Assembly: GCF_001194135.2 (NCBI RefSeq)
Contig: NC_068991.1
Coordinates: 74,791,274-74,846,515 of the forward strand
Length of the DNA: 55,242 bases
Reading direction: 5' to 3'
DNA from: Octopus bimaculoides
Taxonomy: Eukaryota
Made by a program: the position numbers and the translations under genes. Shown here one piece after another: positions 1-11,745 of this stretch. Within the stretch, counting starts at the first letter, position 1. Each line of letters opens with the position of its first letter. The notes beneath the pieces were generated by a model. It was not told the DNA's origin. It was given only the letters and a program-made list of their open reading frames with translations, and did no database searches.

Positions 1-48
1 TATATATATATATATATATACATACACATATATATACACATGTGTACG

Positions 49-91
<43 letters not shown>

Positions 92-622
92 ATTAATGGT
101 TACTGAAAGTTATGCAGAAAAATTTTTCAATAACAGTAAAAAAAAATCAGTTGTATCTTACCACCTATCCACATCATATTGATGAATTTAGCACATTACT
201 GTCTATCCTAACTGAAGATTTCAAATTCTGTTGTATATTTATTATCAAATTCATAATTTAAAATCTCTTCTTGTTGAAGCCGCTATCTAGTTATTTAAAT
301 ATTATCCTATGAATCAACAATGAAAACTAACAGGCAAACAAAAAATATATGTGCAGAAGCCATACTAAGTATTAAAGAAAATGGTAAATGATAACTTCGT
401 TATAATAATGTAGCTTTGCAAAGAGTCTACTTCAATATAAGTATCATTAATGTTAACCTTGCTTATCAAATATGATTCACTCGACTATTTAGTCTCTGTT
501 TAGTTAGGTTCAAATTACTGTAACCAAATTATGTTTCCATGTGTGTGTGTGTGTATGTATACTTACTTATACATACATCTTAGCTGTTTTCTTGTATATG
601 AGCAAAGAAATTGCTAGAAAGA

Positions 623-1040
623 ATCATTGAATTGAGTCATTGAAGATGCAATGTGAAGCCCTTGTAGGACTCTTGAACCCGGCAAAGGTTTTGCATATTC
701 TATTGCTTAATGCACAACTGTGCTGGCTGACAGAAGGTACAGGTGTCACAGTATGAACTCTTTTGACATGCTTTTTCAATCCTCCAACAAAGAGGCACAC
801 CTTTCCACATGTTGGACCTGTTCTGTTGTGAGCAATAGCCGTATCACAATTAACTGTGAGTGGATTCCTGTGAGTTCTCTGATGGCTGACCAGGTCCACA
901 TGAAATCAAACACCTTCTGCCACAAACCACACACACAAAAAGCAGCACTCCCTCATTCTCCACAGGTTCATGCCTTCTAAGCTTTCTCCTAATCTGATCG
1001 TGCTTCATTCTCTCACCCTCAAACCTTGAACAGCCACTGT
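623..1040 (-). mobile_element. Degenerate 3' end of an RTE-clade LINE ORF2 with C-terminal C2H2-like zinc fingers
   Basis: Minus-strand peptides GCSRFEGERMKHDQIRRKLRR, DLVSHQRTHR and PTCGKVCLFVGGLKKHVKRVH resemble RTE C-termini. Frameshifted. Confidence 0.65.
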
Positions 1041-1046
1041 GAATGC

Positions 1047-1192
1047 ATGCATACATACATACATACATACATACATACATGCCTACATACAGATACATAC
1101 ATACACATATGCATGCGTACATACATACATACATACAAACAAAAATACGTACATGCATAAATATATACATGCATAAATACATGCACACATAC
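1047..1192. repeat. (TACA)n/(TA)n compound microsatellite
   Basis: Direct inspection. Confidence 0.9.
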
Positions 1193-1489
1193 ATAGGTGC
1201 AGGTGTGGCTGTGTGGTAAAAAGCTTGCTTCCCAACCATATGGTTTCCGGTTCAGTCCCACTGCATGGTACAGAAATATGGCAACAAAAAGCTTAAAATA
1301 TATAATAGAGAAACAGTTCTTAACCCTTTTGATACCTACTGGCTCTGTAGTACAAATGTCTTGTTTTCAAGAGCTCTCAGTTAAAATTTATGTTCCTAAC
1401 ACTAGCTTAATGATAACTAAGTTATTTTACTAAATTCTTTGTTATATTTAAAATTAATTGAAAGAACCACAGAGCATCTCAAAATAAAT

Positions 1490-2130
1490 TCAGTAACGAA
1501 ATGGTTAAGGCATGGATTTTTAGAGAAGGTAGCTGAAGGATCAATCTTCACTGCTCAAGAACATGCTTTACAAACCAACCCAATCAAGTGCAGCATTGAG
1601 GAGACAGCAGCGTCACCTATATAGATTGTGTGAAAAATCATCTGAGATGGTTAGACATATAATTAGTGGCTGCTCAAAATTGCCTCAAAAAACACCATGA
1701 CAGAGTGACATTGTGAACACACTGGGAGTTCTGGTGGCAGTATGAGCTAGAATGTTCCATCAAGGAATATGGGCACCAACGTTTGCCAGTAGTAGAGAAG
1801 AATCTGGTGAAAGTTACATGGGATGTGCTAGTCTACATGTATAAGAAGCTGCAACATAACTGACCAGATATCACTGTTCTATAGAACGAGTCCTAAGAAT
1901 GCTATATCTGCAGACCAGAATATTTGGAAGACAGGCAACGTGAAAGTCAAAAAGTCTCAGGATTTGGCATAGGGAATAAAACACATTCATAAAGTATGAA
2001 AAGTGAGTGCGATACCGATTTTAACTGGTGTACTTGAAATCATCTCAAAGATAGCCATATTCTTGCTTGCAAAAGCTGAAAATACCAACCTTCATAGGAA
2101 GTACACAGTAGCAATACTCAGAATAGCATG
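1490..2130 (+). mobile_element. Old degenerate Dong/R4-clade (RLE-type) LINE C-terminal fragment
   Basis: WLRHGFLEKVAEGSIFTAQEHALQTNPIK...SPI(CRLC), then remnants of PDITV and IPILTGVL. These follow the CCHC knuckle plus restriction-like endonuclease order of R4 elements. Many stops. Confidence 0.7.
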
Positions 2131-2834
2131 TTTTGAGGAAAAGGGCTGCTTCTCTAAGCCGTGGAAAAGGGGTCAATGCTCTGTGAACTTGAATAACATA
2201 TTTAAGGCAATGTATTTAAATATATGCATTCTAGTGATGCTATGTCTAGAAAAAAAAAAAAAAATTCTGATTATAGATATATATATATCCTAATTAATTA
2301 AACCATTGAACAAAAATGGAAAGAAAAGAAGTTAGGAAAATGTCGTTATCTACAGCTGATCTATTGTATATCCGTAGGGAAAATTACATTTACTTCATTT
2401 TTCTTTAGAAGTGTGTCTTTGTAGGCAACAAAATAAAATTATCGATGGATATATATATATATATATATACAAACAGTATGTATTTTGTTACTCTCCTGCT
2501 ACCATCAGTCACAGTAATAAATCTGTTCTTCTCATTATAATTCATCTTCTCCTCACTTAAATTCATCCTTCTCACTTTTTATATCTTCCTTTCAAGCATC
2601 TCAAATTGTTTAGTCTTGTCAGTTACAGGGTAACCTCACTGGTGCTGGTGCTATGAAAACAGCACCCAGTACACGTTGTAAAGTGGTTAGCATTAGAAAA
2701 TGCATCCACCCCTATAAACCATTCCAACACTGAGATATTAGAGCATGATGCTGTCTGCCATGCGATGAATTCCATCGAACTATAAAACCCATGCCAGCAG
2801 AAGTCATCATCATCATCATCATCATCGTCATCAT

Positions 2835-3216
2835 CATCAACTACTTGTCTCCAGGATTCCCTCTCCTGCATTGCTCTTCATAGGTTGCTCTTCAATAGAC
2901 CAAAGCCTTCAACCAGTTGATCAAAAATTATCCTGGCAAGACAATCCCTAGTTCGCTTCCCATGTGTAGGGTCCCACATCAGCATTTGACTCTCTACTTC
3001 ATCCTTGCTATGAAAGCAATGTTCACAGAATTCCAGTCTTTGTTCCTTAATCATGAAAGTAACTCTTGGAAGGTTACCATAAAAAGCCTGTTTTGTTGTC
3101 TGGGACTGCCATTTGATGTATGTTCCATCTAGTTTTCCTTCCGGTGCCTTTGTTAGGGTCCATGTAGTGCAGCTGTGTAAGGGCACAGTTTCTACTGTTG
3201 CACAAAAGGTGGACAT
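2835..3216 (-). mobile_element. 5'-truncated RTE LINE 3' end with (GAT)n tail
   Basis: ORF 2878..3216: VETVPLHSCTTWTLTK...LDGTY...FYGNLP...RLEFCEHC...LMWDPTHGKRTR, then MQERESWRQVV running into (GAT)n. Typical RTE ORF2 C-terminus. Confidence 0.85.
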
Positions 3217-3533
3217 ACAGCAGTGATGATGATGATGATGATGATGATAATATGCATATCACATATATATGAGTGCCAACTTGCAAAAAATCTATAACTA
3301 TAAAATATAAAAACATTTAAAAATAGTGAAAGGGTGCTAATTGCTAAAACCTTCTAATTATAATAACTATATAGAAATATAATTAAATATAACTTATGAA
3401 TCTATAATAAAACTCTTAGACAAGACAAAGATCAATATTTTTAAATAGACTGAGGAGATTAATCGCTAATAGATTTACAGAAAACTCCTTGTGGAAGCTA
3501 TCTTTTAATTTACAACCACTAATGATAATGATG

Positions 3534-3570
<37 letters not shown>

Positions 3571-3572
<2 letters not shown>

Positions 3573-4075
3573 CCTCCTCATTGATATGACTATCCCAATC
3601 GACATAAATTTATCTGTCAAAGACCTACCAAAAACTGAGCAGGTATAAAGATCTTGAAATAGAAATTAGCAAAATGTGGAATCTGAGGACAAAAACAATA
3701 CCTGTTGTCATAGGTGCCCTAAGAATGACAGCAAAAGGGGCTGGATCCTACCTAGTTTAGATACCAGGAAACCCCAAAATGGCAGAAATTCAAAAGATAG
3801 GGCTCATGGGAACTGCCCATATCCTACGTAAAATACTCTCTATGTAATCTCAAATTTTAAATCAAACTTTTGATATTTTTCTTATGTTTTCTTAAACATT
3901 CTCTAGAACAACACTATGTACAAAACCAAATATATGGCATCCTAGGCATAACACCAACATGAACTTCTAACTTGCTGTCTCTTGAGGTCTCTGGGTGAGA
4001 CTTGGAGCCAACTTGTACAAATGCAAGGCAAAAGTCAAACATAAAATAATAATAATGATAATAATAATAATAATA
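3571..4075 (+). mobile_element. 5'-truncated Dong/R4 LINE: endonuclease end, 3' UTR and (TAA)n tail, inserted in a (TAA)n tract
   Basis: CLLIDMTIPIDINLSVK/YQKLSRYKDLEIEISKMWNLRTKTIPVVIGAL...IQKIGLMGTAHILRKILSM*. (TAA)n on both sides (about 3525-3570 and 4045-4075). Confidence 0.88.
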
Positions 4076-4731
4076 GAATAGAAGTGTCTATGCCTGGGCT
4101 GTTATCATGGTACACTGCTGCTCAGGAGTTTAGGAATGAACAAAGGGAATATTAAAAGGAATTAAATGGAACCAATCTTGTAAGTCTGCAGAAACACCCA
4201 GGTTTATTAATTTAAGTTTGTAGAGTGTTTATAACCAGATCATAATACGAGGGTGATTTATTGGTTTATCTGTCCTTAATCTAAATCATAATATACGAGT
4301 GGTTATATGTGTTCTTAAACCACTTAAGATTTAAAGTCACATACTATCGTACACTGGTTTACAAGACCATAACCCTAATTGTTATAGCTTTTCCACTTGC
4401 TTTGCACCACAGTAGATGTGGAAAATAAAAAAAAATCCCTTTCTTGAAAATCAGGTAAGGGTGAGCAACAGGGAAGGTGCCTGGCTGTAAAACAATGCCT
4501 CAATAATATATTCATATAGACCATTCAAGTATAGAAAAATGGATATATAAGAAATGGACAGATTCTCTGTATCACGTTTAATAGGATTAATTAATCTAAT
4601 TGTTGTCGTCATCTTCATCATCATCATCTAACATCTATTGTCCTTGCTGGCATGGGTTGGAGTGTGTTTTTTAATTAAACTTGCTTTATGGTGCTTTAAA
4701 GAAAAGTACGAGTTTCTTCTTTTTCTTAGGC

Positions 4732-5057
4732 ACAGACACGGCTGTGTGGTTTAGAAGCTTGCTTTGCAACCATGAGGTTTCAGGTTCAGTCCCAGTGCAT
4801 ACCATTTTGGGCAACTGTCTTCTGCTATAGCCCCAAGCTGACCAGTGCCTTGTGAGTGAATTTGGCAGATGGAAACTGGTTGGAAGCCTATTGTATACAT
4901 ATGTATGTGTGTCTTTGTGCTTGTTCTCTCTTGTACCTCTTGACAACCAGTGTTGGTTTGTTTACATCTATATATCTTAGCATCTTTGCTATAAAGCCTG
5001 TTAGGATAAGCACTAGATTTTACAAAAAAGTTAATACTGGGGTTGATTTCTTTGACT
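4732..5057 (+). mobile_element. tRNA-derived SINE family A (head GGCTGTGTGGTAAG...GGTTCAGTCCCA, internal microsatellite, 3' domain), near full length
   Basis: A/B-box-like head and a body shared with more than 15 other copies in the window. Confidence 0.85.
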
Positions 5058-5331
5058 GACACAAGTAAAAGTTAAAAGTTAGTTAAAAAGTTCTGTTTTA
5101 CATTGGATCCTTAGTTCAGAAATTGTCATCCGATGTTGTTGAAAATGGAATTCTGTGCAGTTTTCTATTGGCAGATGTAAAGTTATTTCATACGAGGTGT
5201 TTGTATGTTTCTGGATTCACATGATACAAGTTTCCTATTTACCAGGTGAATAAAATAAATTCAAAAATGTCACATGTTATTAGTTAAATAATTCATAAAT
5301 ACTCCTGCATTTCTATATAATTCATGTGAAA

Positions 5332-5436
5332 GCATTTTGTTTTCTAGTCAAGTAGCAAGAAATAAACAAGTGGTTGTTTTGTTTGCATTTGTTGTAGTTT
5401 AACTCTGGCATATTTGTTTATATATATATATCATCA

Positions 5437-5468
<32 letters not shown>

Positions 5469-5827
5469 CATATATNNNNNNNNNNNNNNNNNNNNNNNNN
5501 NNNNNNNNNNNNNNNNNNNNNNNNNNNNNNNNNNNNNNNNNNNNNNNNNNNNNNNNNNNNNNNNNNNNNNNNNNNNNNNNNNNNNNNNNNNNNNNNNNNN
5601 NNNNNNNNNNNNNNNNNNNNNNNNNNNNNNNNNNNNNNNNNNNNNNNNNNNNNNNNNNNNNNNNNNNNNNNNNNNNNNNTTTCCTTATCTTCTTTAAATA
5701 AAGCTGACATGAAAAATGTTTAAAAATATATAAAAACATGTAAGAGCTAAATTGCAACAAACAGATATAAAGATAAACCCTTTTTAGTTGTTCAGTCTGT
5801 TTTTTTCTTGACTAGAAAACAAAATGC
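5332..5827. mobile_element. Fold-back/MITE-like element with long inverted arms around a (TA)n core and a gap
   Basis: Perfect 21-bp inverted repeat 5332-5352 / 5807-5827, plus a degenerate inner arm match (agagttaaactacaacaaa vs agagctaaattgcaacaaa, 16/19). Confidence 0.5.
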
Positions 5828-6544
5828 AAATAGAATTTTAAATGAGAACATTTGTTCAGTTGAAAGAAAAACAGCTACAGTTATGAATGCTGATGATAAA
5901 TAAGCGTGTCTTTTTTCTTTTTATCCTGATGAAGCAATATTTTTGTTCATCTTATCAGACTTGGACAGATAAAAACCTGACAATTTGTTTATATTGAAAA
6001 TGAACAAGTTTAGAGGAATAAATTACATATTAGAGTTCTTTGGAATTTTTGTACAGGTGCAGCTCAACGTACAAATTATTCAAGTTTTAGACTTGAATAG
6101 TGTTAGCGCCTGAAAATTTAATATTTTCCTCTTGCTGAAATAAACTTGTACACATCATGTGTAGTTGTCATGTGAGGATTGCTTCCATCACCGATGGAAA
6201 ACTGCTACCATTTTATCCAGCACTACTTGCTCATGATCAAATGGTCAGTGGCTAAACTGTTCCCTCCTACTTCTACTGAATTTACTCAGTGATGAGGGTA
6301 CATGGGTACCCAGCAGGGTCAAAAACAAAGCCTATCAAAGTTAGGTGAGCTCTTTGATAGCCAATGGCATCTATATTCTGAACATCAAATAGGATTATCC
6401 TAACCCAATGAAAGATCTGAACGGAAGTTGCACCAATATTTAATTCTACAAAAGATTGGTTAAATGCATGAAGAAAGCCAAAGACTGAGACTGGTATAAA
6501 AAAAGTACTGGGTGCTGCAACAGCAAAAATGTTAAGAGAATAGC

Positions 6545-6760
6545 TTAACCCTTTCATTACCATATTTCTGTTGAGGTACATTGCCATTTTTTTTCAATTA
6601 ATCATGTGTTATCTTGCAGCTTTGAGATTTTGAAGAAGTAACCGTTAATTTTTAGAATGACTTTATACAGTTGATGTGAGAGGCCAAATCTGGTCAGTTT
6701 GAGCATCAAACAGGAAGAATATTTTGGTCGGATATGGTCAGATTAAATGCTAAAGGGCTG
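6545..6760. mobile_element. piggyBac-type MITE (TTAA-CCCTTT...AAAGGG)
   Basis: TTAA|CCCTTTCATTAC left end and TGCTAAAGGG right end. Related copies at 13.9, 14.1, 52.5, 53.1 and 54.0 kb. Confidence 0.65.
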
Positions 6761-6774
6761 AAGCAGTGAGTTAG

Positions 6775-6970
6775 CAGAATGGTTAGTGCATCAGACAAAA
6801 TATTTAGTGGTATTTCTTATGACTGTTTATGTTGTAAGTTGTAGTTAACTTTGCCTTTCGTCTTTTTAGAGGTCAATAAAATAAGTACCAGTTGAATACT
6901 GGGGTTGATGGCATTGACTTATCCCCTTCCTTAAAATCGGTGACCTTGTGCCAAAATTTGAAACCATTAT
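6775..6970 (+). mobile_element. SINE family B (GGCAGAATCGTTAG head; GACTTTGCCTTTCATCCTTTCGGGGTCGATAAA central domain)
   Basis: Multiple homologous copies in the window. The central block resembles the conserved Meta-type SINE domain (my inference). Confidence 0.75.
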
Positions 6971-7475
6971 GAAGCTGGTGTTTGGAACATAAATTAACAT
7001 AGAATTTTTATAGCAGGATTAATTTATATCACTTAAAAACAAGAAGTTTAGATCCTGGGACCAAGGGCATGCTTGGGTGGAATGTTATCAAAAGTGTGAA
7101 CTTGAAATTAATTAGACTATGATATCTATTTGATCTTGAAGAGCAGTACAAGTTATCTCGTTATTAAATAAGGTAATTATTACTAATTGCCCCTAAAATA
7201 GTTTTTGCATGGGAAATAATTGAATCTGTAATAATTGTATGTGTAAATTATTTTGGATTAAAATAAAATATATACATTTAGGCTAGACAAATATATTTTT
7301 GAATATATTTTCATTAGGAAAACATGATTTGGTTTTGGTTTTATATTTGTGCCTCCTCCTCCTCCTCCTCCNNNNNNNNNNNNNNNNNNNNNNNNNNNNN
7401 NNNNNNNNNNNNNNNNNNNNNNNNNNNNNNNNNNNNNNNNNNNNNNNNNNNNNNNNNNNNNNNNNNNNNNNNNNN

Positions 7476-7523
<48 letters not shown>

Positions 7524-9001
7524 TGTCATTTTAATGTCTACTTTCTCATACTTTTACATGGGTCAAATGAGAGTGTGTTAGAGCAGGGCTTTCTATGGTC
7601 AGATGCCCTTCCTGTTGCCAGCTCCCACTTGTTTCTGAGTGATGTAATTATCTATTGTGTATCAAACTACAAACAGCCGGGGCATGTTTACATGGAGAAC
7701 TGAAAACAAATATCATTGCATGAATGAGGCTTTTCATTCACAAAGACTGCAACATGTCAAGACATGACAAAAAACCCAGACATGCTTTTGTGGTAGACTG
7801 TAAGCGTTTGACACTTTTAGCAAAGCCATTGTTTACAACCACCAAACAAACACATGTAGACCAAATCCATTCACAAGACTCTTGTCGGCCCAGTGCTACT
7901 GTAAAAGACAATTGGCCAAGGTGCCATGCAGCGTGACTGAACTTGGAATCATATGATTGAGAGGCAAACGTCTCAACCTCACTCCCATGCCTTCGCATAT
8001 CTCCTAATATAATAACAAGCATAGTGTTTTTATATATTTGTCCAGAATCAAGCCAGACGTGGAGGAAGAGAAAAAATAGTAATTCAGTGAAGGAGAAGTA
8101 GTGAGAGTAATAGCCCTGACTGAGAGAAAGTGAGAGAAAGTAATAGCACTGAGAGAAAGGAAGGGGTGATAGATAAATAAGGAAGGAAGGGGTGAACAAA
8201 ATCAGCGTTTCAACTGTGTGTGAGTATATGTGTGTATGTGTGTGTGTGTACAAGGGAAGTATGTGAATGTTTGTATGTGTGATTATTTTGTACCTTATTT
8301 ATATATAAAATACTACAATTAGTTGTCATTATTGATGGCACGTGGTCAGTTAGTATTATAAAAAGATGTTCAAAGCAATGCTTGATTTTGAAAAAGATTC
8401 TGTAATTCTTAACTGTGAAATTGGGATTCAGTAAAGAGTTGGAAATGTAAATTTTTTGCCCTTGTATTTCGTATTTTTTCACAATAGAATGCGAAATTGA
8501 GTGCTCATTAAAATTCTAAAGTATTGATGATGAGAATTTTCAAGTGGAATAAGCGAGAGAATTTAGAAATATGAAAGCATTTAAAAAATTTATTTATTTG
8601 ATGATTTTTGAAGACTATTGAAAAGAATAGTGAAGTATAATGGTCCACAGAAACAAGAAACAGAGGAATTAACAAGAATCTCTGTGGAATTGGTTGAAAT
8701 GTTTTCTGTTAACCCTAATCTTGTTAAGTGAATATTTTTGCTGATGCACAGATGGTCACAAATCACGTTTAATTGATGTTGTGAACAAAGTTTCATAAAC
8801 ATACACAACCAGTAGATGTGGTGTAAACTAAAGAACACAATAAGATTCTTTTAAATATCAGCGTACTGGAGTCGATCTAATCGACTGACCCCCCTCCCCC
8901 AAAATTTCAGGCCTTGTGCCTAGAGTAGAAAAAAGAAAAAAATATCTGTTGTACAAAATATACAGACATAATGTTTCTCTCTCTCCCACTTTCTCTCTCT
9001 T

Positions 9002-9036
<35 letters not shown>

Positions 9037-9127
9037 TGACTGTGTGATGAGGAAGCTTATCAACCACATGCTTCTAGGTTCAATCACACTGTGTGACGCC
9101 TTGTGCAACTATCATGTACTATAGTCA

Positions 9128-9860
9128 CAGGAGTAGCTGTGTGGTAAGTAGCTTGCTTACCAGCCACATTGTTCTGGGTTCAGTCCCACTGTGTAGCACC
9201 TTGGACAAGTGTCTTCTACTATATCCTTGGGCTGACTAAAGCCTTGTGAGTGGATTTGGTAGACGGAAACTGAAAGAAGCCTGTTGTAGTCTGTCATACC
9301 GGCCATGATGAAATACCACAAGGTATAGAAAATACGTATTCGCCTTTATATATTTATATATTTAATCCTTTATATTGAACACTCAATATTTCATATATTC
9401 AATAAGACATATTCCATATATTCAATAAGACATTCAATACTTCATTTCATTGTACCATCCATCTTTTTTTATATTATATATTATATATTCCATATTCTAT
9501 ATCCCACATAAATTTTACAAAAATATAAATAAAAAACATAAAAAACAGACAGAGATGGAGCTCTTTTAAATAAAATAATATATTCCTCTATACACGATCA
9601 TACAAAACCCTTTTCTTTGTATTTATTTTTACTCACTTGTATACATATATATATATATATATATATGTATATGTTTGTCCCCCCATCATCGCTTGACACT
9701 CAATATTGGTGTGCTTCTGTCCCGGTAACTTAGCGGTTCAGCAAAAGAGACCAATAGAATAAGTACTAGGCTTGCAAAGAATAAGTCCTGGGGTCAATTT
9801 GCTCGACTGAAAGCGGTGCTCCAGCATGGCCGCAGTAAAATGACTGAAACAAATAAAAGA
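9128..9860 (+). mobile_element. SINE family A copy with about 350 bp of AT-rich sequence inserted at the internal microsatellite site; an inverted family A fragment follows (about 9865-9925)
   Basis: Head at 9128-9290 and 3' domain at 9670-9860. Confidence 0.8.
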
Positions 9861-10482
9861 ATATAGTCTTGATCCAACTGAAGCCTTGTGAGTGTATTTT
9901 ATAAATGGAAACTGAAAGAAGCCTGTTATGTGTGTACATGTATGTATGTGTGTTTGTGTGTGTATGCATGCATGCATGTATGCATACATGTATGTATGCA
10001 TGTAAGAAGGCAGTGACACAGAAATGCACTCACACAAACACAAATTCTTTACCGTTTCCATTTACCAATCTTCACTTTGAAGCCATCAGTCAACTTGGGA
10101 CTATGACAGAAGCAGCTGACATTACGATCAAGTGATTTATGATTTATAATCTCTCAATAATTAGAGAATTTGTAAATAAATTTACTTAAATATTTTCCTC
10201 TTTCTCAGAAGGAATCCTTCAAGATTAATAATAAAGCAGTTGGAAGCTATGTTTTCCAGCTGAATTCTTAAAGATTCAGAGAATTCGTGGGTTCAATAGC
10301 CAACGTGATGAAAATGAAATTTTTCTCTGCAGTCAGTTTTCATTATTTATGAGGGTGTATGCTGGGAATTCATCTTAATTAGATTGTATAATTACAGCTG
10401 GATATTCTGGCAATGAATTGAATAATCTAGCATACTAGCACTCAGGAATACTTGTATCTTTTAGCTTTTCTCTTTTACTTGT

Positions 10483-10660
10483 TTCAGTAATTAGACTGTG
10501 GCCATGCTGGGGCACCACCTTGTAGAAGTTTTAGTTGAATGAAGTGATCCTTTACTTAAAAAAAAAATTTTTTGATGCCTGGTATTTATTCTATTGGTCT
10601 CTTTTGCTGAACTGCTAAGTTACAGGGATGTAAACACACCAACACCAGTTGTCAAGTGGT
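10483..10660 (-). mobile_element. SINE family A 3' domain
   Basis: Reverse complement of the shared CCAGCATGGCCACAGTC...GACTGAAACAAGTAAAAGA tail. Confidence 0.75.
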
Positions 10661-10664
10661 GGAT

Positions 10665-10698
<34 letters not shown>

Positions 10699-10734
10699 AA
10701 ACCCTTCACTCCCTCTGGAACATAGGTCCTTGAT

Positions 10735-11140
10735 TACTCTTCTTTATTGGTTTCTACTCTGGGCTGTCTTTTCTGCTCCTTTCCAGTGGGAGCCCGACTT
10801 TGTCAGCCCTACCTCAGTATCCAACTTCCAGATATATTTAGGAGTTCCTCTCATCTGTCTCCTTTGTGAGTTCCAGGTCAGGGCTTGATGTGTTTTCTTG
10901 ATGGAAGGCCTTCCTCTCCCAAATTTTGTTTGTTTTGATTTGTCTTCAGTGCTTCTGTAAACATTGCTTTTTTTCTTGGAGGTGGTGTGTTGGCTTTAAG
11001 CAAATTCATCTTTGACTCTGGGAACAGGCGGTCCTTATTAATCTGGTCTCTGTCTTTTGACCTGTCCAGCATGGAAAGCCCTATCAGGAAAGTGCTCACT
11101 GCTAGTATAACTCTTAGGGCCACTGAAGTACACAATCCAC
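10735..11140 (-). mobile_element. Degenerate RTE LINE ORF2 3' end
   Basis: Minus-strand THQALTWNSQRRQMRGTPKYIWKLDTE...WKGAEKTAQSRNQ*RRVI matches the RTE motif TRQALxWNPQGKRxRGRPKxTW...AQDRxxWR. Confidence 0.7.
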
Positions 11141-11184
11141 CACATGGCAGTCAGGGATGAATTTTGTGGCTCACACACACACAC

Positions 11185-11187
<3 letters not shown>

Positions 11188-11273
<86 letters not shown>
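11188..11273. repeat. (GA)n microsatellite, about 43 units
   Basis: Direct inspection. Confidence 0.95.
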
Positions 11274-11281
<8 letters not shown>

Positions 11282-11494
11282 AGTGTGTTTATATATATAT
11301 ATATATATAGTTCAAATTTACAGAAAACAAAAGACGAAGACAGGTGTAGGAACAAGAAGGTGTATTAGTTTAATGCTTGGGAAGAATGGAAAAGTCCTTT
11401 ACATTTCAAGCCTACACATTCGACAGAAAGGATTAAGAGGTAAAAAAAACAGAGAGAGAAGAAAAATGCGTAGAGTTCAACAATCCAACATGAC

Positions 11495-11641
11495 GAGATG
11501 AACATTACTTACATTTGATAGATATTTGTCCTCATTTTGTTTGTTGTTAACACAACATTTCGGCTGATATACACTCCAGCCTTCATCAGGTGTCTTGGGG
11601 AAATTTCGAACCTGGGTTCTCATTCCTAAAGTATTTTTCAA

Positions 11642-11679
<38 letters not shown>

Positions 11680-11745
11680 TTACTGCTTGGAATCGAATTG
11701 GGAATCTTGGGGTTAGTAGCCCGCGGTCTTAACCACTACGCCATA
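11495..11745 (-). mobile_element. tRNA-headed SINE-like element with (TAA)n linker and Penelope-type tail carrying a hammerhead motif
   Basis: Minus strand: A-box TGGCGTAGTGG (11733-11743), B-box-like ATTCGATTC (11690-11698), (TAA)n, then a tail homologous to 29212-29410 and 29465-29600. Confidence 0.75.
11549..11596 (-). ncRNA. Minimal type-I hammerhead ribozyme motif
   Basis: AAGACAC-CUGAUGA-A-GGCUG(GAGUGUAUAU)CAGCC-GAAA-UG-UU-GUGUU. Core boxes intact, 5-bp stem II, 5-bp stem I (GACAC/GUGUU), loopless stem III. Activity untested. Confidence 0.7.

Noticed and set aside
5114-5245. Exon-like segment ending CAG|GTGAAT upstream of the first MON2 exon
   Set aside because: No frame gives the expected upstream MON2 peptide (ICKxSLPPHY...); that exon is probably outside the window or in a gap.
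6052-6104. Acceptor tttttgtacAG followed by GAAQRTNYSSFRLE*, a possible terminal exon
   Set aside because: No similarity to MON2 or any protein I recognise, and no partner exon.
6289-6420. Box C (GTGATGA) with downstream CTGA motifs, a possible C/D snoRNA
   Set aside because: No terminal stem and no recognisable rRNA/snRNA antisense element.
11675-11745. tRNA gene
   Set aside because: A/B boxes are present but there is no acceptor-stem pairing or oligo-T terminator; treated as a SINE head.
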